Source: Albugo candida (taxonomy: Eukaryota). From it: a stretch of DNA of 64,000 bases. Where the stretch lies: NCBI GenBank assembly GCA_040437565.1, contig JBDOQK010000001.1:992001-1056000 (forward strand), given 5' to 3'. Below the pieces are notes generated by a model. The model did no database searches. It was not told the DNA's origin and was given only the letters and a program-made list of their open reading frames with translations. Position 1 is the stretch's first letter; each line of letters begins with the position of its first letter. The position numbers and the translations under genes are program-made. Shown piece by piece: positions 25,032 to 36,653 of the stretch.

Positions 25032-27340
25032 ATGGAAGATCGACGAGCGCGTCATGCAGCCGAATTGGAAGCCAAACGGAAAAAATTGAAGGAAATTCGC
25101 AAACGGAAAGAAAATCTCCGGTATTGTATCCTTCCACGCATAATTATAACTGAAGGTTAGCATCGCTTATACCAACCGATTTGCAGAACAGAGGAAAACA
25201 AAACCATCGCTTCCGCTCCACCGCAAGAAGAGAGCAAAGACTTTGGTGATTTCATCGATTCAATACTAAAAACATCTCAAGAAAATGCTCAAGCTAATGA
25301 AAGCAAAGCAACGCACGAGACCGCAGCGATTGAGACAAATGATGCGTCTGCGGTGTCACTGGCAGAGAAACTTGCCAATCTGACTACGGTGAGCTCAATT
25401 CATTCAATTGTGCTCCAATTTATTGATTTGTAACACGCTGCTTTCTCTCAGCAATGCAATCTCGCTGAAGTGCATGTTCAACCCGCGATCGTAGAGACGT
25501 ACGGAAAGCACGCGCAGACAGAAATCACTTTGGAACATGAAATACGCTTTGGAAACGAGGTGTGCTTCCATCCTGCTGCTTTAAGGAACTCTTTGTTGCG
25601 TTTTACACGATTTATTGCAGGTCAAAGGCTCGCCCCTGCCAAAGACAGAACTCACAAATAAAAGTGCAAGTGACACAGAGGTCCTGCAGACGGTACAAGA
25701 GGAGATTGGGCAAACACAAGAAGCAGAAAAGCTGTCAGAGAAGCGGAATGGAATCTCTGAAGAGGAAAGAACCAAAATGATGGAGTCAGAAAAAATGGAA
25801 GAGTTTCTACTTAAAACTTCGCGCATCATTGAGCGGGCTTTAGCTCAAACGAGTGAATTCGATATAATGGTCGATTACAGCGCTCCGATTGGCGTCGACG
25901 ATTCTATCGAAGAAACAGCCGAAACTCTCAAACAGCAATTTATACTTCAAGATACAAGATGGACAAAATTTCGAGCGGTTACCGACTTGGATGTCTCCAT
26001 GTTCTTTCCTGAGCTATTACTGGCGTCTTATTCCTCCCGAGAATTCCTTGAACAAAGTGATGCAAATATGTCCAATCAATGGGACTCGTTGGTTTCTCAA
26101 GTTGAAAGTACCGAAAAGTTGGATTTGGCGGAAATCACAGAAGGACTTGTGCTGTTATGGTCAACGGCACTCCCAAGTCGTCCGGAATATCGTTTCACGT
26201 GTCACGCACAAGTCACGGCTGCCTGCTTCAACCCGTTCGATCGACACATTGTAATTGGTGGAACCTATTCGGGACAGATTGTTGTGTGGGACACTCGTGC
26301 GAAGAACACTCCAGTACAGAAGACTCCGATGTCCACGAGCTCTCATACACATCCTATCTATTCTATGGCCATCATTGGATCCAAGACTTCCTACAAGTAA
26401 GTGCTCTTGAGCTCTCAATATCGAGATGAAATATTAACGTGATGTTAGCTTGATTTCAGCGAGTACGGATGGACGGGTGTGCATTTGGGACACCGATCAG
26501 CTGCAACAGCCCGTGGATGTTTTTGATTTACGTATTGCCATATCCATCGTGTCCAACTATACATCCGTGAGCACTGTTGCTGATAAGAAAATGGAGGCTT
26601 CGGTGACTGCTTTTGCCGTTCATCAAGGAGATAAGAAAGACTTGTACATTGGAACAGAAGCAGGAAAACTCTTCGTTACGTGCATTGAGCCTCAGAAAAT
26701 TAAAAGTAACGATACAATGGATACTACAACAATCGATAAAGAGTCTTCCTCCTTTTCTTCTTCCAAAATCACCACCAATTCAAGCGCCAATCAGTCCATT
26801 CGTGAAGTTATCATCGAACCCATTACGCGTGAGACATCGCATTGTGGACCGATTACGGCCATGCACTTTCACCCGTTGCTTACGGCCCATCGGGAAGGAC
26901 TCTTACTCTCAGCTTCAATGGATTCCACCGTTAAACTATGGAGCACGGATCGCTTACAAGCACCAATTCTCTCGTTCGAGCCCTCCAATGATTACATTTG
27001 CGACGTCAAATGGTCGAGTACACACGCGGCTTTATTTGCAGTGGTTGACAGTAGCGGGAAATTAACGGTATGGAACGTATGCAAAGATGTTGAGATGCCG
27101 GTGCTAGAAGCCAAGGTCTCAGAACGAGCATTGAATAAACTGGCATGGACTCTGAATGGGAAAAGTCTTATTATTGGCGACGCAGATGGCAATACTTTCA
27201 TTTACGACGTCCCCAGTGAGGTAAAGCTTCTCCTCTTATCCAGGTCACCCATTTTGAGTTCATTTACACCCTGCTAGATCACATTATTGCACGGCGATGA
27301 AATGACACTTTTGGAGAAGAAAATCGCTTTTTTGTCTTAG
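25032..27340 (+). CDS. Cytoplasmic dynein-1 intermediate chain (WD40), multi-exon
   Basis: N-terminus AELEAKRKKLKEIRKRK, then FLLKTSRIIERAL, FPELLLASY, GGTYSGQIVVWD, HTHPIY, STDGRVCIW, SMDSTVKLW. Confidence 0.92.
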
Positions 27341-27459
27341 ATTCTCGTTAGATACGGCGTACATTAGATAAAGTACGGAAGGCAAAGGTTGCAGTTCTGA
27401 ATATGAAGAAAAGGACAATGCAAACGAATTTTGTGTCTTATCTCCCGCGCAAATGCAAA

Positions 27460-29309
27460 ATGGGCGCTCACAAAGCTCAACGCACAGTTCATACAGACAG
27501 CTTACTCACAAAAAAATCGTTTGTATCGGTTTCCTCCACAACTCAACCCGTTGGAAAAATAGGCGCGGGAGAAGATTTACATACCGATACGGAAAGCCTC
27601 ATGTCGTCACAAGAAGACTCCACTTTTTTTCCGACCCGTGGACGTCATTTTGAGCAAATGGATGAAAAGCTCACGAGAACGGATCTGAACGAAAAGAGCT
27701 ATAGAATGACGTGCAAAAAGAATAGTAAGTGTGACATTAAGGTTGTTTTTTGAAATGCGTCGTATCCGCTTGTTACTGTAGAAAAACGGGAGGAAGCGAT
27801 TGTATGTTTACCTCCGACTCCGCTGCACGAACGAAAGGGAATCAAAGACAGCGTTCACGGAATGATGTATTTCGAGCCAATTTGTATGCGTATTATTGAT
27901 ACGATACAATTTCAACGATTGCGGCATTTACACCAATTAGGAGTCACATTTCACGTGTACATTGGAGCAACACATTCACGATTTGAGCATTCATTAGGTG
28001 TCGCCTTTTTGGCCGAAATGCTGGCAACGAATCTCCAGCTACACCATCCGTGGTTACCTATACGCGACAAAGACATCCTTTGCATAAAAATCGCAGCATT
28101 ATGTCATGATCTTGGACATGGACCATTCAGTCATTTGTTTGATGGAATGCTGATGCAACAGTTTCGAGATAAGCAAATCATTCCACGCGATGATGCATTC
28201 TTACAGAGCTGGACGCATGAAGTTGGATCGCTGATGATGCTGGACCACTTGCTATCTGTGAATGAGATTGATTTCGCAATGTATGGGTTGGATGTAGACA
28301 CCGATCTGATGTTTATCAAAGAGCTGATTTACGGTGGTCCGTTACCAGAGAATGATGGGCAATTGGTCGGGAGAAGTGAAACGTGGCAACATTGTCTGTA
28401 CGAAATTGTCAACAACGCAAACAGCGGTTTAGATGTCGATAAATTAGACTATTTCGTACGCGATGCACATCACACAGGCATATCACCATCAGTCGACATT
28501 CAACTCATTATACAGTCGGCTCGCGTTCTGGTCGACAAGGACGATCATGTTGGGAGGCATCGAATATGTTATCCTGAAAAATTAGCTGGTACAATCATGC
28601 AAGCTTTTCGCACACGGTTTGAGCTGCATCAGACAGTATATCAGCACAAGGCGATTTGTGCAATTGGATATATGCTGTGTGATATTTTGGTTGCTGCGAA
28701 TGATTTCTTACTAGTCAAAGGGACCCGTATATCTGACATTCCAGCCAACATGGATGCATTCCAATACTTCGATGATCGAATTTTGGCTCAGATCCAACAA
28801 AGCGAATCCATCGAATTGACACATGCTCGAAATCTGTTGAATCAAATTTACAACAAGCCGTATTACGAATGCGTCGGACGCACAGCTGTGACGTCTCATT
28901 CAGAACGAAAGAAAGAGAAGGAATTACTTTCGGAGATACTGGTCGCTTCACCTGCGCATGCAAGTCTCTTGGCCCAAGAAAGAAACGCAATTGTACTGGA
29001 GAAGGTTGTCATACACCACGGGAAAGGGAAGGAGAATCCACTTGGACACGTTCGCTTCTACGGAAAGAATGCAAGCTCCGCAGCAAAGTGTTATCAATTG
29101 CCCAACGAATTGTACGAAATGTATTGTCCGCAGTACTTTCAGCATGAATTTGTGCGGATATTTGTCAAAAAGAGCTGTCTGGTAAGCGCGCGTTGGATGA
29201 GTACTTTTGCGATTGACAGTTTGTTTTTGCTTAGGCGCAGCCGCTGCGTATCGCATTTGAGTGTTGGTGTCCCTTTCCCAATCAATCGCTCGTGTCGCCT
29301 TACTCATAG
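27460..29309 (+). CDS. SAMHD1-like HD-domain dNTP triphosphohydrolase (no SAM domain evident)
   Basis: DSVHG, IIDTIQFQRLRHLHQLG, HSRFEHSLGV, HDLGHGPFSHLF, DVDKLDY, VYQHK; last intron 29181-29234, stop 29307-29309; start uncertain (27403 or 27460). Confidence 0.9.
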
Positions 29310-29464
29310 TGCTTTTGATTGGATATAATCGAGGTTTTATTTGTATTCGCCTCTTTTGATTGGTGTTATTTTGTCGAATAGGATGTATGATATCGCGTAC
29401 TCTACAACAGATGATTGGATGAAATAGAACAACTTGAGCACTCTTTGAATCGGAGTGTAGATCA

Positions 29465-30755
29465 ATGGCGATGGATGGAGCTATTCCAAAGAAAGTGTAC
29501 ATGCACTATGAAGATCAAATCAAAGAGGAGTTATCGCTAACTCTGAAAATGACAGTACCGTCGAAATGGTCCAACAAAACAGCCGATGATTTGAAAAATG
29601 TAAGTATTCCAAGTGAATTTCAGCCAATAATACTCCTGTGACGTTGTCCAGTTTTTTGTCGAGCATTATAATACGAAAAAACCGGAGAATCCATTGGATC
29701 CACTGCATCATCATTTGGAGAAGAAAAGTGCAGTGCCATTATACAGCGACGAACTCTTGCAAACAGCTATTAAAAAACATGATGACATCTTTCTCAAACC
29801 TGGTAGGAATAATAACCTCTTTGCATGCATATTTCCTGTTTTCNNNNNNNNNNNNNNNNNNNNNNNNNNNNNNNNNNNNNNNNNNNNNNNNNNNNNNNNN
29901 NNNNNNNNNNNNNNNNNNNNNNNNNNNNNNNNNNNNNNNNNNNATAACCTCTTTGCATGCATATTTCCTGTTTTCTAATCAACAATTTCGAAGGCGCCTC
30001 CACACCAAAACCGGTCGCAAAGCCAGCCAAACGTAAGTCGTACTCTCTCTTAAAGAACACAAATACCGCTCCATCTAACTTGATGAAATGGATCAGGAGA
30101 AATCAAAGATAGCAATCTCATTCAATGCCGCAATTATGGATGCCAGCAAAAGTTTAGAGATGAAGAGAATCACGATCAAGCTTGTCGTCACCACGCACAG
30201 CCTCCAACATTCCATGATTTGAAGAAAGGATGGCAGTGTTGTTCCAGCAAGATGGTGTATGATTGGGATGATTTCGAAAGAATAGAACCTTGTATGGTTT
30301 CGCGTCATTCAGCAACCGCACCGAGTGCTGGATTGTCCAAATCACCGGCAGCATCGAATGACGAGCAGCCATGTGCACCAAAACCCGTATTGAAATCCAT
30401 TGAGGAATATAACCAGAAGAACCCGGATGCTGTGACCGCTGTTTCGTGTACAATGAGCAGTGAAAAGTACGTTATTGCTTGTGATTTATCAGATTTTGCT
30501 AACGATTTTGTTTTTAGAAAAACGACCCCTCCAATTCGAACAGACGGAAAAGCTCGCTGTGTGAATCACGGCTGTCAGAAAGAGTACGTTGTGACCGAGA
30601 ATGATGAAGACGCATGCAAGTACCACACAGGCGCACCAGTCTTTCACGATGCTGTCAAATACTGGTCCTGTTGTCCGAAAAATGTCAAATACGATTTTGA
30701 TGAGTTTCTAACGGTTCCGGGATGCGCCGTCGGACCGCACAAAGATACCAAATAA
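29465..30755 (+). CDS. Double-CHORD zinc-binding protein with ~90-aa N-terminal domain and no CS domain
   Basis: CHORD-I CRNYGCQ..CRHH..PTFHDLKKGWQCC and CHORD-II CVNHGCQ..CKYHTGAPVFHDAVKYWSCC..FDEFLTVPGC..GPH, then stop. Confidence 0.88.
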
Positions 30756-30899
30756 ACTGTCTGAGTTTATAACCGTACTTTGTAGAGAAGTTTTACAAAA
30801 CCTATCACGCATCTTGTCTTTTGATACCCTACCACAACACATACGTGAAATCACTCCATCACCACCACGAACTGTAATTTCCAATTCTTCATTCTACCT

Positions 30900-33800
30900 A
30901 TGGCGTCGATCTGTTCCGAGCTTTTGCCACAAGAAACGTTGCCAACAGTGCTATCTGCACTCAACGTCCTATTCCGTCCTTCAAAGGAGCAAAATACGCC
31001 GCAACAGCGCGCATCCGCAGATGCGTACCTTCGCGCCTTTCAACACACTCCGTCCGCGTATCTCGTCGCCATCGAATTGCTTACATGTTACTTACCGGAA
31101 CAAAGCGACCCTACATACTCGTTTAATTCCGATTATGCGCCTGCTGTTTTCTTTGCAGCACAGACGATCGCCAATAAAGTACGAAGGCAACAACCATTCC
31201 CGCGCGAATTGCAATGGAATTTTCGACTTTGGCTTGAGCATATCTTAAAATGGATGAGTGTGGGATTCAACCAAAAGGCCCGTGTACCGAAAATGATACA
31301 AACGCAACTGATATTGGCATTTGTCGCTTGTTTACTGCGTCTTCCTCAAAACGAACTCCAATCAAAAGAAAACACAGACGTGAATGTCTTTCAGTTTGCA
31401 CTCTGTAAACTCGAAAAAGCCTCGTTCACGCTCGACACGGTAGCTCGATTTCTCTCTATTTTCATCGAAGAAGTTAACGCAATCCGCGAACACGCTTTAC
31501 GCGAACGCTTCATGCGCGATACCGAAGCATGGGTAATACCGGTATTGACACACCTTCTTCCTCAGGCGATGCAAAGTGCTATTGAAGAGTATGGAAGCGA
31601 TCCGACACACAGCCACGAGGTTCAAACGTGCGTTCTCAAAGCACTAAAGAGTTGGATTCGGTACTCGCGATTGGATTCCTCCGTTTTGACTCGAAATCCG
31701 CTTATTCAAGCGCTACTGCCATCCTTTTTACCTCAAGAACACTTATTTAACGTCAGCATCGACGTGGCTGGAGAATTGGTGGACCGGTACCATGATCTAC
31801 AGCACGATGTCCCATTTATTGCATGGATCCTTCCTCAGATTCTCGGGCTACGGACTCATTTCCATGACGCTATGAAGGAACAAGATGTCGATAAGGCGCT
31901 GGATCTATCTCGTTTATTCACTGAAACGGCTGATTGTCTTATTGGATTGTTACTTTGCGTTGAAGAAATGAGACAATGTGCCATTCTCGACCTCCTTTTG
32001 GACTGTATGGACTATGCAGAGACCGAAATTGTCGAGTTTATCATCCCATTCTGGATCGAGTTTTTAGGCGCGTTGCATGCGACTGACTCACAGGTGAAGC
32101 AAACGCTAATCACTAAATACAACTCCATTCTTTTGCGGCTGACCAATCTTTGCATGATCAACTTGCAATTTCAAGAGGAATTTCCACGACTTCCATTCGA
32201 CAAACAGCAGGACTTTAAGCAATACCGACACGATTTGGGCGATATCATGCGTGATTGCTCGACATTGGCTGGTGTGAATTCGGTTTTGGAGCATTGTATG
32301 AAAGGCTTGGACGTGTTCAGTCTTCCGGTCGCACAACGGAAGTGGCAAGTTATTGAATCTCGGCTCTTTTGCATTCGATCCATTGCACGTCATGTGGAAG
32401 ACTCTCCTGAAGCACTCGCGAATCCATTATTGCCGTTCGTCTTCGATCAATTCGATAAAATCGCCGATCATCCAGCGATACGATACACAGCATGCTTGAC
32501 GATTTCACGGTACGCAGCGTGGTTGTGCCAACGTCCGAGTACGTTGACACCTCAAGTCCAATTTCTGACGCAATCCATTTACAACAGCGCTCAAGATCCA
32601 TCGTACAAGGAATGGGAAGTAGCAAGTGCTGCAGCAACTGCAGTTCGGTCGATCGCCTCAGATGCGTGGTCGTTTCTTGGTCAAGATATCTTGCGTTTTT
32701 ACTTGGAACTAGATCATCATCAAGTCATCCACGTAGCGAATCAAGTGCTCATCTTAGAGGGGATTTGTATCGGATTGCAGTCCATGTACGAGCCACTCAC
32801 AGATGTGAACGTGCATACGGTTATAGAGATTCTCAAAGTCATTGTGACGCCGACGTTGGAGCGATTATACGGCCTCTTGCAAGATCATTCTAATAGAAAC
32901 TCGACTGCAGTCATGGATGAGTTTCTTCGTCTGATTTGCTTGTACGACTATTTGGACTTTAAGAAACAGCACGACAAGCTTTCTCACGATCCTCTGGTGT
33001 GGCTGACGGAGAAAGTATGGCCGCTGTTTCATCAGTCACTGACACTTTTTGCTGGAAATGATGAGCTTGTGGAACGTATCTGTCGTTGTTATAAACGAAT
33101 TGTGCGGTCCTCTGAAGACCAGTTTGTGCGTTTCCTTCCCCAAATGGTCGAGAATTTGGTCAATTTCTACCGTTCGATCCCGAAATCGTCGTATTTGTAC
33201 GTTGGCAGTATGATCATCAAGCATTATCATCACTTGATACAAGATCCATCCAAAGAAAGCGAATTGAATCTACTGCTTGCCGGAATGCTATTCTCCTTTG
33301 CAGAATTGACAGCTCAAGCGTTTGGCCAGCTACAACAGCTCCAGCAATGCGCAGAGATTGTCGAAGAATTCTTCTTTCTCATGGAACGAGCCGTCCGATG
33401 TGCTCCCACTATCGTCATTTCCATCCACACGCACCATCCATTCGCAGCTGTAAGCGATTTCCCAGTGACACTTATTGCAAGGTTGGTCGAATATGCGGCA
33501 ACGGCGTTGCAAGTGCCACATCACAATATCAATAAAAGCGCGTTATCTTTTTTGGAAGCAATTTTGGAACTTTTTTCGAACGAAAATGGCACTCCGGATA
33601 CATTGCAAATTGGAATCGGAAATGTATTTGTCGACCAAACGAGTCGATACACATTGGAACTCTGTCAGTTTTCTGGCTCTGTTCCCTGCAGCCACATCAA
33701 ATTCATTGTACATCAGCTGGCACGAGGCCTCACTATCGGTTCCATCGCTTCTTCGCGTGTGGATGCGGATTACGGATCGATTGCTGGTGCGCTTATTTAC

Positions 33801-34073
33801 ATTGCGAAATGGAATGGAACTGCTTTGAGAGAATGGCTTCAGGAGTGGATGCGTCAATTTCTCGCAGTAACATCCTCCAACGCGATCGACTTGCATTCCA
33901 ATTCGATTCATTCGACTCCAAACGCTTTATTATTTATTACGTCTGAAGAATTCGCAGAATTTGAACGAAATCTCTTCTCATCGGAAAATGAAAGAGCATT
34001 TCGTCGTGCTGTTCGTCACTTTGGAAAGCTGTGTGCGTCGCGATATTCTGTTAATGCCGAACAAGACGATTGA
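30900..34073 (+). CDS. Importin-beta family protein, transportin-3/MTR10-like
   Basis: 1057-aa helical ORF; ADAYLRAFQHT, FFAAQTIANKVR, YRHDLGDIMRD, WQVIESRLFCIRSIA, ERICRC motifs. Confidence 0.82.
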   Translation: MASICSELLPQETLPTVLSALNVLFRPSKEQNTPQQRASADAYLRAFQHTPSAYLVAIELLTCYLPEQSDPTYSFNSDYAPAVFFAAQTIANKVRRQQPFPRELQWNFRLWLEHILKWMSVGFNQKARVPKMIQTQLILAFVACLLRLPQNELQSKENTDVNVFQFALCKLEKASFTLDTVARFLSIFIEEVNAIREHALRERFMRDTEAWVIPVLTHLLPQAMQSAIEEYGSDPTHSHEVQTCVLKALKSWIRYSRLDSSVLTRNPLIQALLPSFLPQEHLFNVSIDVAGELVDRYHDLQHDVPFIAWILPQILGLRTHFHDAMKEQDVDKALDLSRLFTETADCLIGLLLCVEEMRQCAILDLLLDCMDYAETEIVEFIIPFWIEFLGALHATDSQVKQTLITKYNSILLRLTNLCMINLQFQEEFPRLPFDKQQDFKQYRHDLGDIMRDCSTLAGVNSVLEHCMKGLDVFSLPVAQRKWQVIESRLFCIRSIARHVEDSPEALANPLLPFVFDQFDKIADHPAIRYTACLTISRYAAWLCQRPSTLTPQVQFLTQSIYNSAQDPSYKEWEVASAAATAVRSIASDAWSFLGQDILRFYLELDHHQVIHVANQVLILEGICIGLQSMYEPLTDVNVHTVIEILKVIVTPTLERLYGLLQDHSNRNSTAVMDEFLRLICLYDYLDFKKQHDKLSHDPLVWLTEKVWPLFHQSLTLFAGNDELVERICRCYKRIVRSSEDQFVRFLPQMVENLVNFYRSIPKSSYLYVGSMIIKHYHHLIQDPSKESELNLLLAGMLFSFAELTAQAFGQLQQLQQCAEIVEEFFFLMERAVRCAPTIVISIHTHHPFAAVSDFPVTLIARLVEYAATALQVPHHNINKSALSFLEAILELFSNENGTPDTLQIGIGNVFVDQTSRYTLELCQFSGSVPCSHIKFIVHQLARGLTIGSIASSRVDADYGSIAGALIYIAKWNGTALREWLQEWMRQFLAVTSSNAIDLHSNSIHSTPNALLFITSEEFAEFERNLFSSENERAFRRAVRHFGKLCASRYSVNAEQDD

Positions 34074-34096
34074 ATGGCTGTTTGAAGCAATATCTC

Positions 34097-35469
34097 TCAC
34101 TTTTTGGATTCCACATCCTCGACATTCCAACAACTCGCAAAGGTTCCAGGCGGAAGCACCAATTTCCGACGTGTTTGATGACTTCCTTCCTCGTGAATTC
34201 TCTCCAATAATAGCCTGAATTCCTCAACTTCGCGATCCAATTCCGTCCCAATTCCATCCGAAAAAGAGCATTCAAATTGCGTTTTCTCATGTTGAGAAGC
34301 ATCCAATTCCGATCGATCCGTTCCCTGACTCTTCTTCCTCTTCTTTTTCTTCTTCCGTGCAGGTTTGGACGGTAGTGGACGATCTATTCTTCCTTCCTCA
34401 CGCAACAATTCCGCTTGAGCGGCTAAAGAGTGTCGAATTGCTTCATGATACGCCATTTCCAACTGAAAGAACAATTCCTCAGCGATGAACGACACATTCG
34501 AAGATGACAAACCTTTTCACGGAATTGCACAGCCAAAAGATCCAAAAGATATTCCTGAGCCGATCGTGGAGTGCTGGCGCCTGGACAATCGATACTATCG
34601 CCTCCGTCGTAGTAGTAATCGTCGTCATATAATCGCGAAGGCACACCGATTGGGATCTCATTACTTCGTAACAATGGCATCAAATACTCAAATTGCTCGC
34701 CACAACGCACCAAATCGTCCATCAAGTCGGCATGCTCATCGACGAGAAGAATGTATCTCTCTTCATTTTGAAGCAATCGAAGCAATTCATCCTCACAATT
34801 CGACTCGATACACGGGAATTCTCGAAGAATGGATGTCTCATTATGATTGTGATGGAGAAGTGGAGCATCTGTGGACGAAAACGCTTCCGTTTGCTTTTCT
34901 TCCGACTGGAAATGCTGGCATGAATGCTCTGTTCCACTCGATATCTGTGCCTCTGGATCGTGTTCTTCCATGTCGAAATCCTCATCGTCTTCCTCTTCAC
35001 TGTCCATGAATGGAGGGATCACCGTAAACACATCGAGCAAAGATCGCTTCCGTGGCGCTCGTCGACGCTCAAAGTCTTCCCATTCGGCAATTACGTTCTC
35101 ATGACACTCGAAACACAAATGCTGACGGATTAAAAACTGATCCAACGCTTTTAAAAACACGTGGCGATGGATACGGAGAAGACAGCGTTTGGAATCCATC
35201 GGCAGGTCTTTCCAATAATTCATCAGCTCGTCACTGGTGCACAATTCGCGTAAAGGCTTTGGAATAGACGACGCGGAAGCTAAACTTTTGGATCGATTTC
35301 GGAGATGATATTGGATAAAAGTCGTCATTGTAGCACGTCGATTGATCGGACAAGGCGATGTAGAAGAGGTTTTCCGTCGATGGCGTTCGTGGGGAGGCAG
35401 TATGGCTGTCTCTGCATCCATTTCGACGCCTGCATGGATCGATTCCGCTCGATCCAATGAAGCGCGCAT
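34097..35469 (-). CDS. GGNBP2/ZNF403-like protein (2 exons)
   Basis: LKALDQFLIRQHLCFECHENV resembles GGNBP2 LETYLRKHRFCTDCKNKV; later ASTPRSAQEYLL and ELLREE..KKKKKRKK. Confidence 0.6.
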
Positions 35470-35705
35470 TTGCGTCTCTGTGGAGAATGTGAGGATTCGG
35501 CCTGATGTATGAAGAAAGGGTACGCCAGGATGTGGTCATACACGCGAAAGAACGATTCAAATTCGCTTTGTTTTGTTCCAGCTGTCAGCGAAAGAAAATG
35601 ATTGACTCTTCTTTGCGCAAAAAACAAGAGACGCACGTCTTCTTGGACCTTTGCAGTTAAGGGGTAGATAAATGGATATAACGAGATATAAGAATTCAGT
35701 TAAGA

Positions 35706-36587
35706 TTATTTGACGTTAGGAACGCGAATGCGATCGCGGGACATTCGCAAGCGATGGAATTGAGACCCTTTACGATCGCCAAAGTGCTGAAAACTGTCCA
35801 TTTTGGAGGAGAATGTTGCGATCATACGAATTGATTTTTTGTCGTATTTTTTACCTGTAATTCGCTTGTACGCTACGGATTTCGCGTGCATGCGATCCTC
35901 TTCTGTAACATCGAGTATTGGGATACTTAAACCCAATCGATCGGCCGTCGCTTCTTTTTTCTTTATTTCTCGCTTCTTTGAACGAAATGCTCGTCGTAAT
36001 GCGGCGTTAGAGCTGTAATCATCTTGGAATTGAGCGTCCTGAATCGCGATCACTGCTTGTAATCCCTTACTTCGCTGTTTGGCTCGATCGCGATCGACTT
36101 GTTCATGCTCTAATTTGTAAAAGAAAGGGTCTTCCACGAGTTTAGCACGCACTGTTGGATCCTCGACACGCTCCACACCCATTTCAGCGATCGCTGATGC
36201 CTCCAGAGAATCCATTTGTTCATGCTTCCGCACTCCGCTCACCATACGATAGTCGCGTGCCGCCGGATCCGTCTCAATCACCATTTCACATTGACAATTA
36301 GCACATTTTAGCCTGAATTCGTATATCTTCGTACTGAAATAATCACCAACATGCCGCTTTTTCGCATTATATCGTACGCCGCGACCAATATGCTCCTCAC
36401 AATGTGTGCACCACACGTGGAATGGCATTTCAAAACGCACAACGAGAACGCCATCTGTTTGTAAATCCTTTGCACGTTTCCCTAAAGGATGTGATTTGTG
36501 ATATTTGTTGACGCTTTGATGCTTTTTTGGATCAAAATCTTTGGGATAATAGTAATTATCGGCGCGTGCTGCTGCAAGACTCGACAT
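35706..36587 (-). CDS. CCDC130: CWC16/Yju2-family splicing factor, CCDC130 type
   Basis: ADNYYYPKDFDP, HPLGKRA, VRFEMPFHVWCTHC..GVRYNAKK, CANC..IETDP. Confidence 0.92.
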   Translation of the reverse strand: MSSLAAARADNYYYPKDFDPKKHQSVNKYHKSHPLGKRAKDLQTDGVLVVRFEMPFHVWCTHCEEHIGRGVRYNAKKRHVGDYFSTKIYEFRLKCANCQCEMVIETDPAARDYRMVSGVRKHEQMDSLEASAIAEMGVERVEDPTVRAKLVEDPFFYKLEHEQVDRDRAKQRSKGLQAVIAIQDAQFQDDYSSNAALRRAFRSKKREIKKKEATADRLGLSIPILDVTEEDRMHAKSVAYKRITGKKYDKKSIRMIATFSSKMDSFQHFGDRKGSQFHRLRMSRDRIRVPNVK

Positions 36588-36653
36588 CCTTACAATCGCG
36601 TTTTAACCAATTATATATAGTGATTATGTAAATCAACCAATCAAAAACTACTT

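Noticed and set aside
25126-25135. GTATCCTTCC resembling a U12-type 5' splice site in dynein IC intron 1
   Set aside because: Using it creates an immediate stop at the available acceptors; the upstream GTATTG donor splices in frame.
23586-29309. Guanine deaminase and SAMHD1-like dNTPase as a purine-catabolism or antiviral cluster
   Set aside because: Separated by an unrelated dynein gene, on opposite strands, and both are ordinary conserved genes.
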